Shown: positions 25,201 through 34,847 of the stretch, one piece after another
How the letters are laid out: the number at the start of each line of letters is the position of its first letter
Numbering within the stretch: the stretch's first letter is position 1
IMG/VR virus record: IMGVR_UViG_2531839432_000012
Reading direction: 5' to 3' (one strand)
Origin: a virus
Lineage: Duplodnaviria; Heunggongvirae; Uroviricota; Caudoviricetes
Length of the DNA: 36,254 bases
Notes under the pieces: generated by a model
Seen by the model: the letters and a program-made list of their open reading frames with translations, nothing else
Told to the model about the DNA's origin: nothing
The model's database searches: none
Translations under genes and position numbers: made by a program

Positions 25201-26927
25201 CAGTGAAATACTACGCCATTCTGACTAATCAGGGCGCGGCACGACTGGCTAACGCGACGATGCTCGGCAGTAAGCTGAATCTGACGCAAATGGCCGTTGG
25301 TGATGCAAATGGTGTGTTACCAACACCAGACCCTGCACAAACAAAACTGATTAACCAGAAACGCATCGCGCCGCTGAATCTTCTGAGTGTTGACCCGAAC
25401 AACCAGAGCCAGATTATTGCGGAGCAAATCATCCCTGAGAACGAGGGCGGATTCTGGATCCGTGAGATAGGTCTTTATGATGATGAAGGCGTACTCATTG
25501 CGGTGGCGAACTGCCCGGAAACGTACAAACCACAGTTACAGGAAGGCAGTGGTCGTACCCAGACCATCCGTATGATTCTGGTCGTCTCGAATACCGAAGC
25601 CATCACGCTGAAAATCGACCCGTCAGTGGTGCTTGCGACGCGCCAGTATGTAGATCAGCAAATAGAAGTTCATGAGCAATCGCGCCGTCATCCATCTGCT
25701 TCTTTGACAGAAAAGGGATTTGTACGTCTGTATAGCGGTGTGGAAAGCAATGATGAAACAGTCGCTGCAACGCCAAAAGCAGTGAAAATAGCGATGGATA
25801 ATGCCAGCGCCAGACTGGCAAAAGACCGCAATGGTTCTGATATTCCCAATCCGGCACTGTTTGTTCAGAATCTGGGATTGAAAACGACTGTTGATAAAGC
25901 AGCATCAGCGATTCAGCCAGGAGATTATGGAATTGGTCTGGCTTATCTGAAAACCATGGGAACCAAATCGCAATTTTTTGCTTACAGTACAGCTGTCGGC
26001 TATCCAGAAGTGCCAACACATGGTGCTGGTTTCCAGGCCTGTTACAACGACAATCGGCGTGCACAAATTTATGTCGCTAATGATGGCAAGATGTACTGTC
26101 GATTCAGCATGTTATCGAAAATTGCCGATGATGAAACACCGTGGAATCAGGTGTTCACCAGTGCACATTATCCAGAAGCATCAGTGAGTGTTAAAGGAAT
26201 GGTGCAACTGGGGAGCGATGTAAACAGCGTGTCAGAAAATGTTGCGGCGACATTGAAAGCGGTAAAAATTGCGATGGACAACGCCAGCGCGAGACTAGCA
26301 AAGGACCGCAATGGTGCTGATATTCCTGACCCGACTTTGTTTATTCAGAATCTGGGACTTAAACCGACAGTTGATAAGGCTGAAAGTGCTCTGCAACAGG
26401 GAGCATACGGAATCGGTAGCAAAAATAACTACGAAATGGGTGAGGTTTCACAGTTTCTTGCATATTCAGGTAATGCAGATGAAGTGCCATCGAATGGGGC
26501 AGGTTTTCAGGCTGCGTATAACAAGAACAGACGCGCGCAGATTTTCATCACCGGAGCAGGAGAAATGTATCACCGTTTCAGCGGCTCTGATACGGTTAAA
26601 GACAATACAACACTATGGCGTCGGGGTGTTTGTGAAGATGAATTTTCATTTGGCAGCAATTATCACCGAATAACTGGCGGTGTGCTGAAGCAGTTTTTTA
26701 ACAGTTATTTTTCCGGGGCAACTGGTGTGGTGAATAAAGAGTATCAGGTGAATTTTCCGACACCATTTGCCCGTCAGTGCTGGTACGTAATCCCCGTTTT
26801 CCGTTCGTCACACGGTGGGAGTGTTGAGGGGGTCGCCATTACAGCTATTACTGCAACTGGCTTTACTCTGAGCATCACCGGAGATAACGGTGGATGGAAT
26901 ATTGGGTTTATTGCGGAGGGGGTCTGA
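25197..26927 (+). CDS. H: Tail fiber protein H with an internal duplicated module and a lower-GC C-terminal region
   Basis: Conserved P2 H-like N-terminus (MAVGDANG, FWIREIGLYDDEGVLIAVANCPE, HEQSRRHPSASLT); duplicated AATPKAVKIAMDNASARLAKDRNG...QNLGLK segment. Confidence 0.8.
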   Translation: MTVKYYAILTNQGAARLANATMLGSKLNLTQMAVGDANGVLPTPDPAQTKLINQKRIAPLNLLSVDPNNQSQIIAEQIIPENEGGFWIREIGLYDDEGVLIAVANCPETYKPQLQEGSGRTQTIRMILVVSNTEAITLKIDPSVVLATRQYVDQQIEVHEQSRRHPSASLTEKGFVRLYSGVESNDETVAATPKAVKIAMDNASARLAKDRNGSDIPNPALFVQNLGLKTTVDKAASAIQPGDYGIGLAYLKTMGTKSQFFAYSTAVGYPEVPTHGAGFQACYNDNRRAQIYVANDGKMYCRFSMLSKIADDETPWNQVFTSAHYPEASVSVKGMVQLGSDVNSVSENVAATLKAVKIAMDNASARLAKDRNGADIPDPTLFIQNLGLKPTVDKAESALQQGAYGIGSKNNYEMGEVSQFLAYSGNADEVPSNGAGFQAAYNKNRRAQIFITGAGEMYHRFSGSDTVKDNTTLWRRGVCEDEFSFGSNYHRITGGVLKQFFNSYFSGATGVVNKEYQVNFPTPFARQCWYVIPVFRSSHGGSVEGVAITAITATGFTLSITGDNGGWNIGFIAEGV

Positions 26928-27361
26928 TGAGTTATTTTTACAGTCCATCAAGAAATGCATTTTATAACAGTGAACTGAAATCTGATTATTACGATGCTCT
27001 CGATGCGTGGCCGGATGACTGTATTGAGGTAAGTGATGCTGTCTATCAGGAGTTTTATCTTGGTTATCGGGAAGGGTACAAAATGGTTGCAGGCACTGAT
27101 AACCAGCCATCATGGGAAGAACGTCCACCATTGACCCATGAGGAACAGGTGGAACAGGCAGAAATGATGAAACAGATGCGCATTAATGAGGCTAACAACC
27201 TGATTAATGAAAAACAATGGCCATCAAAATTACAGCTTGGCAGGTTGAACGAAATGGAGACAACCAGATTTAATGCGATGCTGAATTATCTTGAGTTACT
27301 TGAAAATATTAATGTAAGTGATGCCCCGGATATAGTCTGGCCTTTATCACCAGAAGTCTGA
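26927..27361 (+). CDS. G: Tail fiber assembly protein (gpG/Tfa-like)
   Basis: Start overlaps the H stop (ATGA); position and size. Confidence 0.7.
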   Translation: MSYFYSPSRNAFYNSELKSDYYDALDAWPDDCIEVSDAVYQEFYLGYREGYKMVAGTDNQPSWEERPPLTHEEQVEQAEMMKQMRINEANNLINEKQWPSKLQLGRLNEMETTRFNAMLNYLELLENINVSDAPDIVWPLSPEV

Positions 27362-27365
27362 ATAC

Positions 27366-27385
27366 ATCCCCGCGTCTGCGGGGAT
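27366..27385 (+). terminator. Hairpin ATCCCCGC-gtct-GCGGGGAT after the tail fiber assembly gene
   Basis: Seen in sequence; modest U-tract. Confidence 0.4.
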
Positions 27386-27782
27386 TCCTGTATCCGCCGT
27401 TGTGCCATTTTTCATACAAACCACATAACGTGCATCCTGCTCGTATCAACCAGAACATAGGCAGCCCCCCTCTACTACCGGAGAGACTGCCTTATGGCTC
27501 AGGATTACCACCACGGGGGCGCGTTGTTGAAGTCAACGAAGGCACCCGATCCATTACCACGGTGAGCACCGCCATCGTGGGTATGGTCTGCACGGGCGAT
27601 GATGCCGATGTAAAAATGCCTCCTCTTACTGTTCACCAAATAAGCAGAACACAGAATTGCAACGTAACACTCTACAATGCGCAAAATACGGACTGGTTAT
27701 TGAAGATAAAATCAGCAACACGAAATCATCACGTGACTATTTAATCTTGCAATAACACGTAAGGTGAGCAAGGAAACATTAA

Positions 27783-27813
27783 AACCGCTAATCTGACCAT
27801 TAGCGGTTTTTGT
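27783..27813. terminator. Bidirectional terminator (ACCGCTAAT-ctgacc-ATTAGCGGT + TTTTGTGTT) just downstream of the minus-strand U gene
   Basis: Seen in sequence. Confidence 0.5.
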
Positions 27814-27819
27814 GTTAAA

Positions 27820-28314
27820 TCAGAACAGCCCTTTAACTGAACTGGCCGCGCTGTTAAGGGATGATGTCACCTTATCTTTGAAGCCGGACAGCATATCGCT
27901 GAACGATGAGGATTGCAGGCGCTCCCGCAAATCCTCATCACAGCGTTCAAGGGTCAGTGAAAATTCTATCTTTTTCGCCTTACCGTAGCGATCAAACTCG
28001 GAGCGGGTCGTATTCGTTCCGGTCAGGACATACATGCCGTAAATCTGCCCGACACCATCAATCAGAGGCCAGGGGCGTCCTGTATATGCCTGCGTGGTCA
28101 GCAACGAAAGCGACACTTCGCCACCTGTAATTTCAGGATAAAGCACACCAGAAAGAACGATGCGATCATCGCCTGCCCCGATATACTGCCAGCTTGCTGA
28201 ACGGTTAACGCGTTCATTTTTCACATGCCGCCAGCTTTTGTTTTGCTGTAACTGCTGATGCGGCAACGTGCGCAGCTCAAAAACAAACATGCCGTAGATC
28301 ATCATCATGGCCAT
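27820..28314 (-). CDS. U: Tail protein U
   Basis: 164-aa ORF following the tape measure gene on the minus strand; size as P2 U. Confidence 0.75.
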   Translation of the reverse strand: MAMMMIYGMFVFELRTLPHQQLQQNKSWRHVKNERVNRSASWQYIGAGDDRIVLSGVLYPEITGGEVSLSLLTTQAYTGRPWPLIDGVGQIYGMYVLTGTNTTRSEFDRYGKAKKIEFSLTLERCDEDLRERLQSSSFSDMLSGFKDKVTSSLNSAASSVKGLF

Positions 28315-28320
28315 GACTCC

Positions 28321-31164
28321 TCAATCTTTATCGTAAAAACTGCCACGTCCGGCACGGTCGCGTCGTTCCAATTCTGCCCTGACCATTTCACCGACCAGTT
28401 TCGCCAGTTCGCGGGGATTCTGTGTAACAACGTTATGCAGATGAACATGAATTTCACCGCCAAATCCGGAGGCAACAGGCTCCCGGTTACGGGAAGTTGC
28501 AGGAGCTGATGCCACTGGCGATCGTATGGCCTCCGCCACCGGGCGGGAGCTGGCCGCAACAACAGGGACCAGCGCCGGAGGCAGCGGAGCCGGAACCACG
28601 GGTGTGATATTAATTGCGGGGGCAGGCTTACTGACCTGCGCAATCTTCCTCCCCTGCCACTCCCCACGAACAGCAAGTGCGCGGGGCAGGTTCTTAAAGA
28701 CAATATCGCCGGGGCCAATGCGTTTTTTCGTCTCATCAACCAGCTTACCTGTGTTATCAGCAATTTTGCTGAGTCTGCGTAGCGTACCGGTATTGCTGTC
28801 TGTGAGCGGTTTGTTGTCTTTGGGCTTATCACCTCCGGTACCATTGCCATTTTCCACAGGCTTCGGCGGATTGATTTTCGCCAGGTCCCCCTGAAGTAAG
28901 GCAACCTTGTCCTGAAGAATGGCCGCACGCTGTGCGTCTTCGATTTTCTTGCGCGCCCTTTCCGCTTCATCCGGAAGGACGCCAAGTTTTTCAAGTATCC
29001 ACGCCAGCGTATCCAGTAGCATTTTTGCAGGTGTCAGAACAAGTTGTAACGCACCGCCAAGAACGTTACCGAATATCTCGCCAGCACTGGTACATTTATC
29101 CAGCGTTTCCTTGCTGGACTCCATCGGTGACAACAGCGATTTAAACCAGTTAAACACCTGGCTGATCCCGCTTCCGATTGCGTCAAAAACAGGACCAAAC
29201 CGTTCAAAGGTTTCGCGCAACGGGGTCAGCCTTTCCATAATCCCGCTGAACACCCCGGCAAAAAATGCCCTGATGGGATCCCAGTATTTCCAGATGAGAA
29301 CGGCAGCTCCGGCAAGCGCAGCCACGATAAGACCGACCGGACTGAACAACGCCCCGATAGCGCCCCCCAGTAACGAAACGGAACCCGTCACCATTCCCCA
29401 TAGTGCTGGCAGGAGTCTGACAGCATTCATTGAACCGGTCAGGAGGGAAAAGCCAAGACGCAGTTTTGCCAGCGGACCAGCAAGCACACCAATAGCCAGC
29501 GACAACGAGCCAACCGTTGCAGTCATTGCCAGCAACGCACCGCCTGCTATCAGTAGCTGGCGCGTCAGTGCCGGATGGGCCTGCGCCAGCGCCGTCACCC
29601 TTGATACCACCCGCGTGAGCCACTGCGTGACAGAACGCAGCGGACCGTCAATCAGATCTGCAATGCGGATGCGCAACCCTTCCCATGCACTGCCGAGTGA
29701 TTTCAGATCGCCGTCAAGGTTGTTGGCCATGACCTTTGCTGTGCGTTCAGCCTCACCGCGCGCGCCTTCAAGTTCTTTTCTCAGTTTAGGTAAGGAACCG
29801 TCACCCGCTGCATCAACGAGCGCCATAAACGATGTGAAAGCCTCTTCTCCGGCAATGTCCTTAAAGAACGATACCCGGTCAACTTCCCCGTATTTGCGGG
29901 TGGCTTTATAAAGGTCGGCCAGCACATCCTCCATCGGGCGCATTTTGCCGTTCGCGTCAGAGACTGCCACACCAAGCTCTTTCAGCGCCTCTGCTGCTGC
30001 CTTTGGCGGTGATGCCAGACGAGCCAGGCTGGCACGCATTGCCGTCCCGGCATCACTCCCTCTGATACCCATATTCGCCAGCACGCCCGCCATCGCTGCG
30101 GCCTGCTCCAGCGATATTCCCAGCTTACCCGCCACCGGACCTGCATATTTCATGGTTTCGCCCAGTGCGCGAAGGTCAGTGTTGGTACGGGTAAATGCTG
30201 CGGTGAGCGTGTCGCCAACCCGGTCCATCTGGTCAGCGGAGAGGCCGAACTGCGTCAGGATATTTGAGCCAATATCTGCCGTCTCGCCAAGGTCCATACC
30301 GCCAGCCGTTGCCATGCTCAGCACGCCCGGAAGCGCAGCCTGAATGGCCTGCGGAGTGAAGCCAGCCATTGCAAGAAATGCCTGCCCACTGGCGGCATCG
30401 CCTGCGGTGAACTGCGTTTCAGAGCCAAGTTTTAACGCCTGCTCACGCAGCGCCTTAAACTGCGGGCTGTTTTTGTCGATTCGCGTCAGTGCCTGAACGC
30501 GGGACATCTCTTTGCCGAACCCGATCGCAGGCTGCAAAAAACGCCCGGCAGCATAGCCGCCAGCCGCTGCCGCACCAATTGCCAGCGCACCACCTGTTTT
30601 CAGTTTTCCCGCGGTTTCCTGCACGCGCGAATACCGCTCACGCGCCCGCGTTACACGCGCAAGCGCCTGCCGTTCGCGTTCAAGCTGGTTGTTGTACTGT
30701 TCGGTGCGTCTGATGGCCTGCTGGATGGTGTTATCGCTGCCTGTCAGGGAAATGCCGTGGCGTTTCAGCTCTCCGCCAAGCTCCCGCATTTTCTGAATTT
30801 CCCGTGTGCGCGATTCATTCAGGCGTTCAAGCCGGGTGCTTAACTGCTGCATCAGCTTTTGTTGTTTTTCGCTGAGCACTGTACCCGTGCGTTGTAACTG
30901 ATTAAGGGCGTTAAGCTGGCGTCGCGCTTTCACGATACCCGCATCCGCTTTACTGACAGCGTCGCGGGCGCGCTCAAATGAACGCGCCTGACGCTCGAGA
31001 TTTTTGATCGCCCCCTGCGTTCGCTGGATGGAGTCACCAAACTGCCCCATCAGGCGGCGGGCGTTTTCGGCAGGGCGGGTCAGCCTGTCAACGGCGCTGA
31101 AAGCGACCCGGATATCAAGAGTCTTCATTGTCTGCATTCCCGCTGCGAAGTGCCGCCCGCTCAC
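28321..31164 (-). CDS. T: Tail tape measure protein (gpT-like); exact start uncertain (alternative ATGs at 31137 and 31128)
   Basis: 947-aa ORF with long coiled-coil and Gly/Ala-rich hydrophobic stretches; follows E/E'. Confidence 0.85.
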   Translation of the reverse strand: MSGRHFAAGMQTMKTLDIRVAFSAVDRLTRPAENARRLMGQFGDSIQRTQGAIKNLERQARSFERARDAVSKADAGIVKARRQLNALNQLQRTGTVLSEKQQKLMQQLSTRLERLNESRTREIQKMRELGGELKRHGISLTGSDNTIQQAIRRTEQYNNQLERERQALARVTRARERYSRVQETAGKLKTGGALAIGAAAAGGYAAGRFLQPAIGFGKEMSRVQALTRIDKNSPQFKALREQALKLGSETQFTAGDAASGQAFLAMAGFTPQAIQAALPGVLSMATAGGMDLGETADIGSNILTQFGLSADQMDRVGDTLTAAFTRTNTDLRALGETMKYAGPVAGKLGISLEQAAAMAGVLANMGIRGSDAGTAMRASLARLASPPKAAAEALKELGVAVSDANGKMRPMEDVLADLYKATRKYGEVDRVSFFKDIAGEEAFTSFMALVDAAGDGSLPKLRKELEGARGEAERTAKVMANNLDGDLKSLGSAWEGLRIRIADLIDGPLRSVTQWLTRVVSRVTALAQAHPALTRQLLIAGGALLAMTATVGSLSLAIGVLAGPLAKLRLGFSLLTGSMNAVRLLPALWGMVTGSVSLLGGAIGALFSPVGLIVAALAGAAVLIWKYWDPIRAFFAGVFSGIMERLTPLRETFERFGPVFDAIGSGISQVFNWFKSLLSPMESSKETLDKCTSAGEIFGNVLGGALQLVLTPAKMLLDTLAWILEKLGVLPDEAERARKKIEDAQRAAILQDKVALLQGDLAKINPPKPVENGNGTGGDKPKDNKPLTDSNTGTLRRLSKIADNTGKLVDETKKRIGPGDIVFKNLPRALAVRGEWQGRKIAQVSKPAPAINITPVVPAPLPPALVPVVAASSRPVAEAIRSPVASAPATSRNREPVASGFGGEIHVHLHNVVTQNPRELAKLVGEMVRAELERRDRAGRGSFYDKD

Positions 31165-31644
31165 GCCAGCTAACCACTTCGCCGGGCGTCATCATGAAGA
31201 TTTCGGCGGGCGACCAGTTAAAAATAACGGCAATATCTGCCACAAAGTCTTCTATGTGCTCAAAGCACACAACCGTGATCAGGCTTCCGTCGCCTGTTCG
31301 TTCTTCCCGCCAGAGTCCGCACCGCTCAAAAAATTTACGGCAACCACACATAACTGAATAAAGTCACGGGATGCCATTTTTTTGATCGTCACTTCATCCA
31401 GTCGCGGTGATGTCACGCGTGACAGCAGCGTAAACATGGATTCCGCTTTCAGATTCAGCACATCAGACAGCGACAAATCTCGCAGAGATCCAGCCTGCTC
31501 AATAGCCCCGGTGATCTCCACATACGTGATTTTTTCGCCGCCTCGCTCAATGGGTTGGGTAAGTTTTACGCCACGCTCACTGGTTTCTTTCACAGTGTCA
31601 GCAACTACCGTGTTTTCGGTATCGATGTTTTTCGTCTCTTTCAT
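31115..31644 (-). CDS. E+E' fusion chaperone produced by programmed -1 ribosomal frameshift at TTTTTTG (plus-strand coordinates 31327..31333)
   Basis: Slippery heptamer seen in the E reading frame (..AAU UUU UUG..); the -1 frame continues into the overlapping ORF 31115..31351, which overlaps the start of T, as in P2. Confidence 0.7.
31279..31644 (-). CDS. E: Tail assembly chaperone E
   Basis: 121-aa ORF between FII and T on the minus strand. Confidence 0.75.
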   Translation of the reverse strand: MKETKNIDTENTVVADTVKETSERGVKLTQPIERGGEKITYVEITGAIEQAGSLRDLSLSDVLNLKAESMFTLLSRVTSPRLDEVTIKKMASRDFIQLCVVAVNFLSGADSGGKNEQATEA

Positions 31645-31698
31645 CAGGAAACTCCTTTCAGTCAGAGGCGACGCACTGCGCCGCCTGCATATTACTTA

Positions 31699-32211
31699 TC
31701 AGCCAAGCCCAAGCGCGGAACGGATGCGATCGGGCACAATGTCCTTGCCGTCCTTCCGGTAAATGAAGTTCAGCAGGTCAATCTCCCACAACGGACGATC
31801 GTTAACACTCAGCTTGTAGTAGGTGTTTTTAATGGCGTAAGTGTGTGATGTGGCTTCGCCCTGTTTGGCTTCCCCCATATCAATTTCCGTCACACGTCCG
31901 CGCATTTCGACTTCATACAGGTCGCTTTCTGCATCGGTGTAGTATTCACCCGCAAAACGCAGCAGCGTGCCGTCAATCGTGCCGCCATACTTAAGGAACA
32001 GCTCACGAACTGCGCCCCCCATGACAAAGCTCGCATCAAGCGCGGAGTCGTCCAGACCGAGATCAATACTTACCGCCCCCATCATGCCACCACCCCGGTA
32101 GCTGTCGGTTTTGCGCGTCAGTTTGGGCAGAGTGACGGACGTCCCCTTACCCACTTCGTTTTCACCATCCACAAACAGCGTAAAAAAGCGAAGATGTTTT
32201 GGCACAGCCAT
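31699..32211 (-). CDS. FII: Tail tube protein FII
   Basis: 170-aa ORF directly downstream of the sheath gene. Confidence 0.85.
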   Translation of the reverse strand: MAVPKHLRFFTLFVDGENEVGKGTSVTLPKLTRKTDSYRGGGMMGAVSIDLGLDDSALDASFVMGGAVRELFLKYGGTIDGTLLRFAGEYYTDAESDLYEVEMRGRVTEIDMGEAKQGEATSHTYAIKNTYYKLSVNDRPLWEIDLLNFIYRKDGKDIVPDRIRSALGLG

Positions 32212-33395
32212 CAGGCACCTCCCAGCACCGCAAATGCGGGTTCAAAGTATTCATCAGTAAACGTCTGGTAAAGCTCCATGTCTTCCAGTGGCGGAACGGG
32301 CGTATATTTGTAGCGAATACGCACACGCCCCTGACGTAAATCCGTGGTGCTGTTATCCACCACGTCATACCAGCACTCCGCGCCAATCAGTTTCCCGGCA
32401 GTCACCAGTGAATCCAGTTTTGCCCTGATGGCACTGATAACATCCTTCACGTTCGCAGGCGTCAGTGGACTGTCGATGGTTTCAAACTGCGCTTCCGCAA
32501 TTGAATCAGCCAGCACCTGTGCGGTTCGGGTATACACCTCAAAAATGTAGGCGTTCGTTTCCGGTGTGCGGTTGCCCCAGAAGCGGAACCCGTTGCGACG
32601 AATAATGGTCGTGATTTCTTTGTTGTTGAGGCTGTTGGCATCGCTGTCTTCGGCCTGCAACGACCAGAACACATGCCTCGACATCCCCAGCACATTTTTA
32701 ACCGGAACGTTGGACAGCGATTTGTGCCAGCCCTGCTCATGGTCAATGTACGCACGAAGGCCGCACGCATAAGCAGGCGCGGGGAACGTTTCGTTTTCGC
32801 CACTTTTCGGGTTGTAGGCGATGAAGTCCGGCCATAAGAGCATCACTTCACGTTCGTTGAATTTCTGGCGGTAGGTAATCGCTTCAGCCATCGTGTTACA
32901 GCCGTGACATGAGGCATACACAAATGCGCGCAGTTTACCCGCAATCACGCACAGGGATTTTGTCACCGCCTCCGTGTCCAGCTCCGGCGCGGCCAGAATA
33001 CGCGGACGGTATCCGATGCTTTCATCCTGCTCTGCAACAAGCAGCGCATACATCCCCGTATAGCTGCCGTCATCCTCAGAACCACCGATAACCAGTTGAT
33101 CCTGCGTCTTTTCGTCTTCTTCTTTGTGTTCAGCCACACGAACGACGATCACCTTTGTGCTCACCTGGTCTGCGATGGCCTTAAGCGCACGATAAAGCGT
33201 CCCCGTTGTTCCGCATTTTCCCAGCACGTCATTGACGCGGGTCAGCAGTGTGGGCTTGTTCAGCTGGAACAGCTTCGCGTCCGCATCATCCGCCGTTGCC
33301 ACGATACCGATAACGCTGGAATCAACATCGTTAATCGCTGTTACCAGGTCGGTATTTTCCGTAACACGGGCACCATGAAAACGAGTTTCACTCAT
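32211..33395 (-). CDS. FI: Contractile tail sheath protein FI
   Basis: 394-aa ORF; size and position; RBS AAGGGG. Confidence 0.85.
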   Translation of the reverse strand: MSETRFHGARVTENTDLVTAINDVDSSVIGIVATADDADAKLFQLNKPTLLTRVNDVLGKCGTTGTLYRALKAIADQVSTKVIVVRVAEHKEEDEKTQDQLVIGGSEDDGSYTGMYALLVAEQDESIGYRPRILAAPELDTEAVTKSLCVIAGKLRAFVYASCHGCNTMAEAITYRQKFNEREVMLLWPDFIAYNPKSGENETFPAPAYACGLRAYIDHEQGWHKSLSNVPVKNVLGMSRHVFWSLQAEDSDANSLNNKEITTIIRRNGFRFWGNRTPETNAYIFEVYTRTAQVLADSIAEAQFETIDSPLTPANVKDVISAIRAKLDSLVTAGKLIGAECWYDVVDNSTTDLRQGRVRIRYKYTPVPPLEDMELYQTFTDEYFEPAFAVLGGA

Positions 33396-33552
33396 AGCTT
33401 CAGCCCCTTGTATCCGTTAAATGATTCAGCAACAATCATCACCCACCACGTGCGTAATCTCACCCCTGCGCCGTTCTCCCGCCACGGCGACAACAAAAAG
33501 CAGTAACCCCCTCCGCACGCACATGCGACCATGCCACACAGGGAGGGAGCAG

Positions 33553-34653
33553 ATGACCGACACCACCATGCAATTGCTCAGTCAGGGCACAGAACCCGTG
33601 AAAATGCCGGATTTTGATATTCTCGCCGAGGGTAAAACGCTGTCCGGCGTGGCAGAACGCCTGATGAGCCTGTCACTGACCGACAACCGGGGATTTGAGG
33701 CGGACCAGCTCACCATCACGCTGGATGATGCCGATGGCCAGTTGCAGCTACCGCCACGGGGCGCGCGTCTGACGGTTCTCATTGGCTGGAAAGGGGAACC
33801 GCTGACAGAAAAAGGCACTTACATTGTTGATGAAATCGCTCACGAAGGACCGCCGGACAGGCTGACTGTTTCAGCCAGAAGCGCAGATTTTCGGGATGAA
33901 TTTAACGTTAAACGTGAGGTGTCCTGGCATGATGTGACCGTTGAGCGTGTGGTATCCGCCATCGCTCATCGGTATGGTCTGAAACCGCAAATCAGCGAAA
34001 TGCTGATGGATATCGAAATCGACCACGCCGACCAGACCGAAGAAAGCGATATGTCCTTCCTTACGCGCATGGCGGAAATGCTGGGCGCAATCACCACGGT
34101 AAAAAGCGGCAATCTGTTATTCATCATGCCCGGTGGTGGCGTGAACACACAGGGCCAGCCGTTGCCCTCGTTCGCCATTACACGCAGCAGCGGCGATCGC
34201 CATCAGTTCCGCATTGCTGACCGCGAGGCGTATACGGGTGTACGCGCCTACTGGCTTGATCTTAATTACGGGAAAAAGAAAAAAGTCAGCGTGAAACGCC
34301 GCAAACCGAAAAAAGAGAAAAGCAGCAGCCGTGAAGGTGACTATATGGAAGGTGCGGAAGGCAACGTGTTTGTGTTACGCAAAACTTATCAGAACGAGCA
34401 GGCAGCAAGACGCGCAGCGGCGGCAAAGTGGCAGCAGCTACAACGCGGAGCCGCATCATTTTCCATCACGCTGGCACGTGGACGAGCAGAGCTCTACCCC
34501 GAAATGCATGGCACGGTAACAGGATTTAAAAGCGAGATTGATAATCAGGACTGGATCATTGCAAAAGCCGAGCACACCATTGATAACAGTGGCTTTACCA
34601 CGCAGCTTGAGCTTGAAGCCAAAATCCCGGAATGGATAGCAGAAACAGAGTAA
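33553..34653 (+). CDS. D: Tail protein D (late control D family); start at MTDTTMQLL
   Basis: 366-aa in-frame ATG inside the longer ORF 33421..34653; position before ogr as in P2. Confidence 0.8.
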   Translation: MTDTTMQLLSQGTEPVKMPDFDILAEGKTLSGVAERLMSLSLTDNRGFEADQLTITLDDADGQLQLPPRGARLTVLIGWKGEPLTEKGTYIVDEIAHEGPPDRLTVSARSADFRDEFNVKREVSWHDVTVERVVSAIAHRYGLKPQISEMLMDIEIDHADQTEESDMSFLTRMAEMLGAITTVKSGNLLFIMPGGGVNTQGQPLPSFAITRSSGDRHQFRIADREAYTGVRAYWLDLNYGKKKKVSVKRRKPKKEKSSSREGDYMEGAEGNVFVLRKTYQNEQAARRAAAAKWQQLQRGAASFSITLARGRAELYPEMHGTVTGFKSEIDNQDWIIAKAEHTIDNSGFTTQLELEAKIPEWIAETE

Positions 34654-34847
34654 ACAACTTAGATGCATTAGCCCTGACATTTGCTAACGCGCTTACAGCA
34701 AGAATCATAACCAATCTGACAGCCTACCCGGTGTCAAAATCAGAAGAGCCTTACATTAGAATATGTTAATTTGTAGCAAACAAATTTACACACAAATGAT
34801 TACTGCTGAAATAGCCCCCATAAATGCCATGTCAAAGGATCCATGTT

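Noticed and set aside
27400-27744. 114-aa ORF in the Z/fun-equivalent interval
   Set aside because: Starts with TTG, no RBS, Pro/Gly/Arg-rich composition unlike a folded protein; kept only as part of the non-coding interval finding.
28305-30343. Plus-strand and alternative-frame ORFs inside the tape measure gene (for example 28919..29911, 330 aa; 28305..28994 minus, 229 aa)
   Set aside because: Shadow ORFs of the 947-aa tape measure gene; low-complexity Ser/Ala/Pro/Arg-rich translations.
16807-33416. Recurring motif TGTATC[CA]G in three late intergenic regions (16809..16815, 27389..27396, 33409..33416) as a possible late-promoter element
   Set aside because: An 8-mer is expected about once by chance in 36 kb on two strands; positions relative to start codons are inconsistent with a single promoter architecture; cannot be distinguished from coincidence without alignment to known Ogr-dependent promoters.
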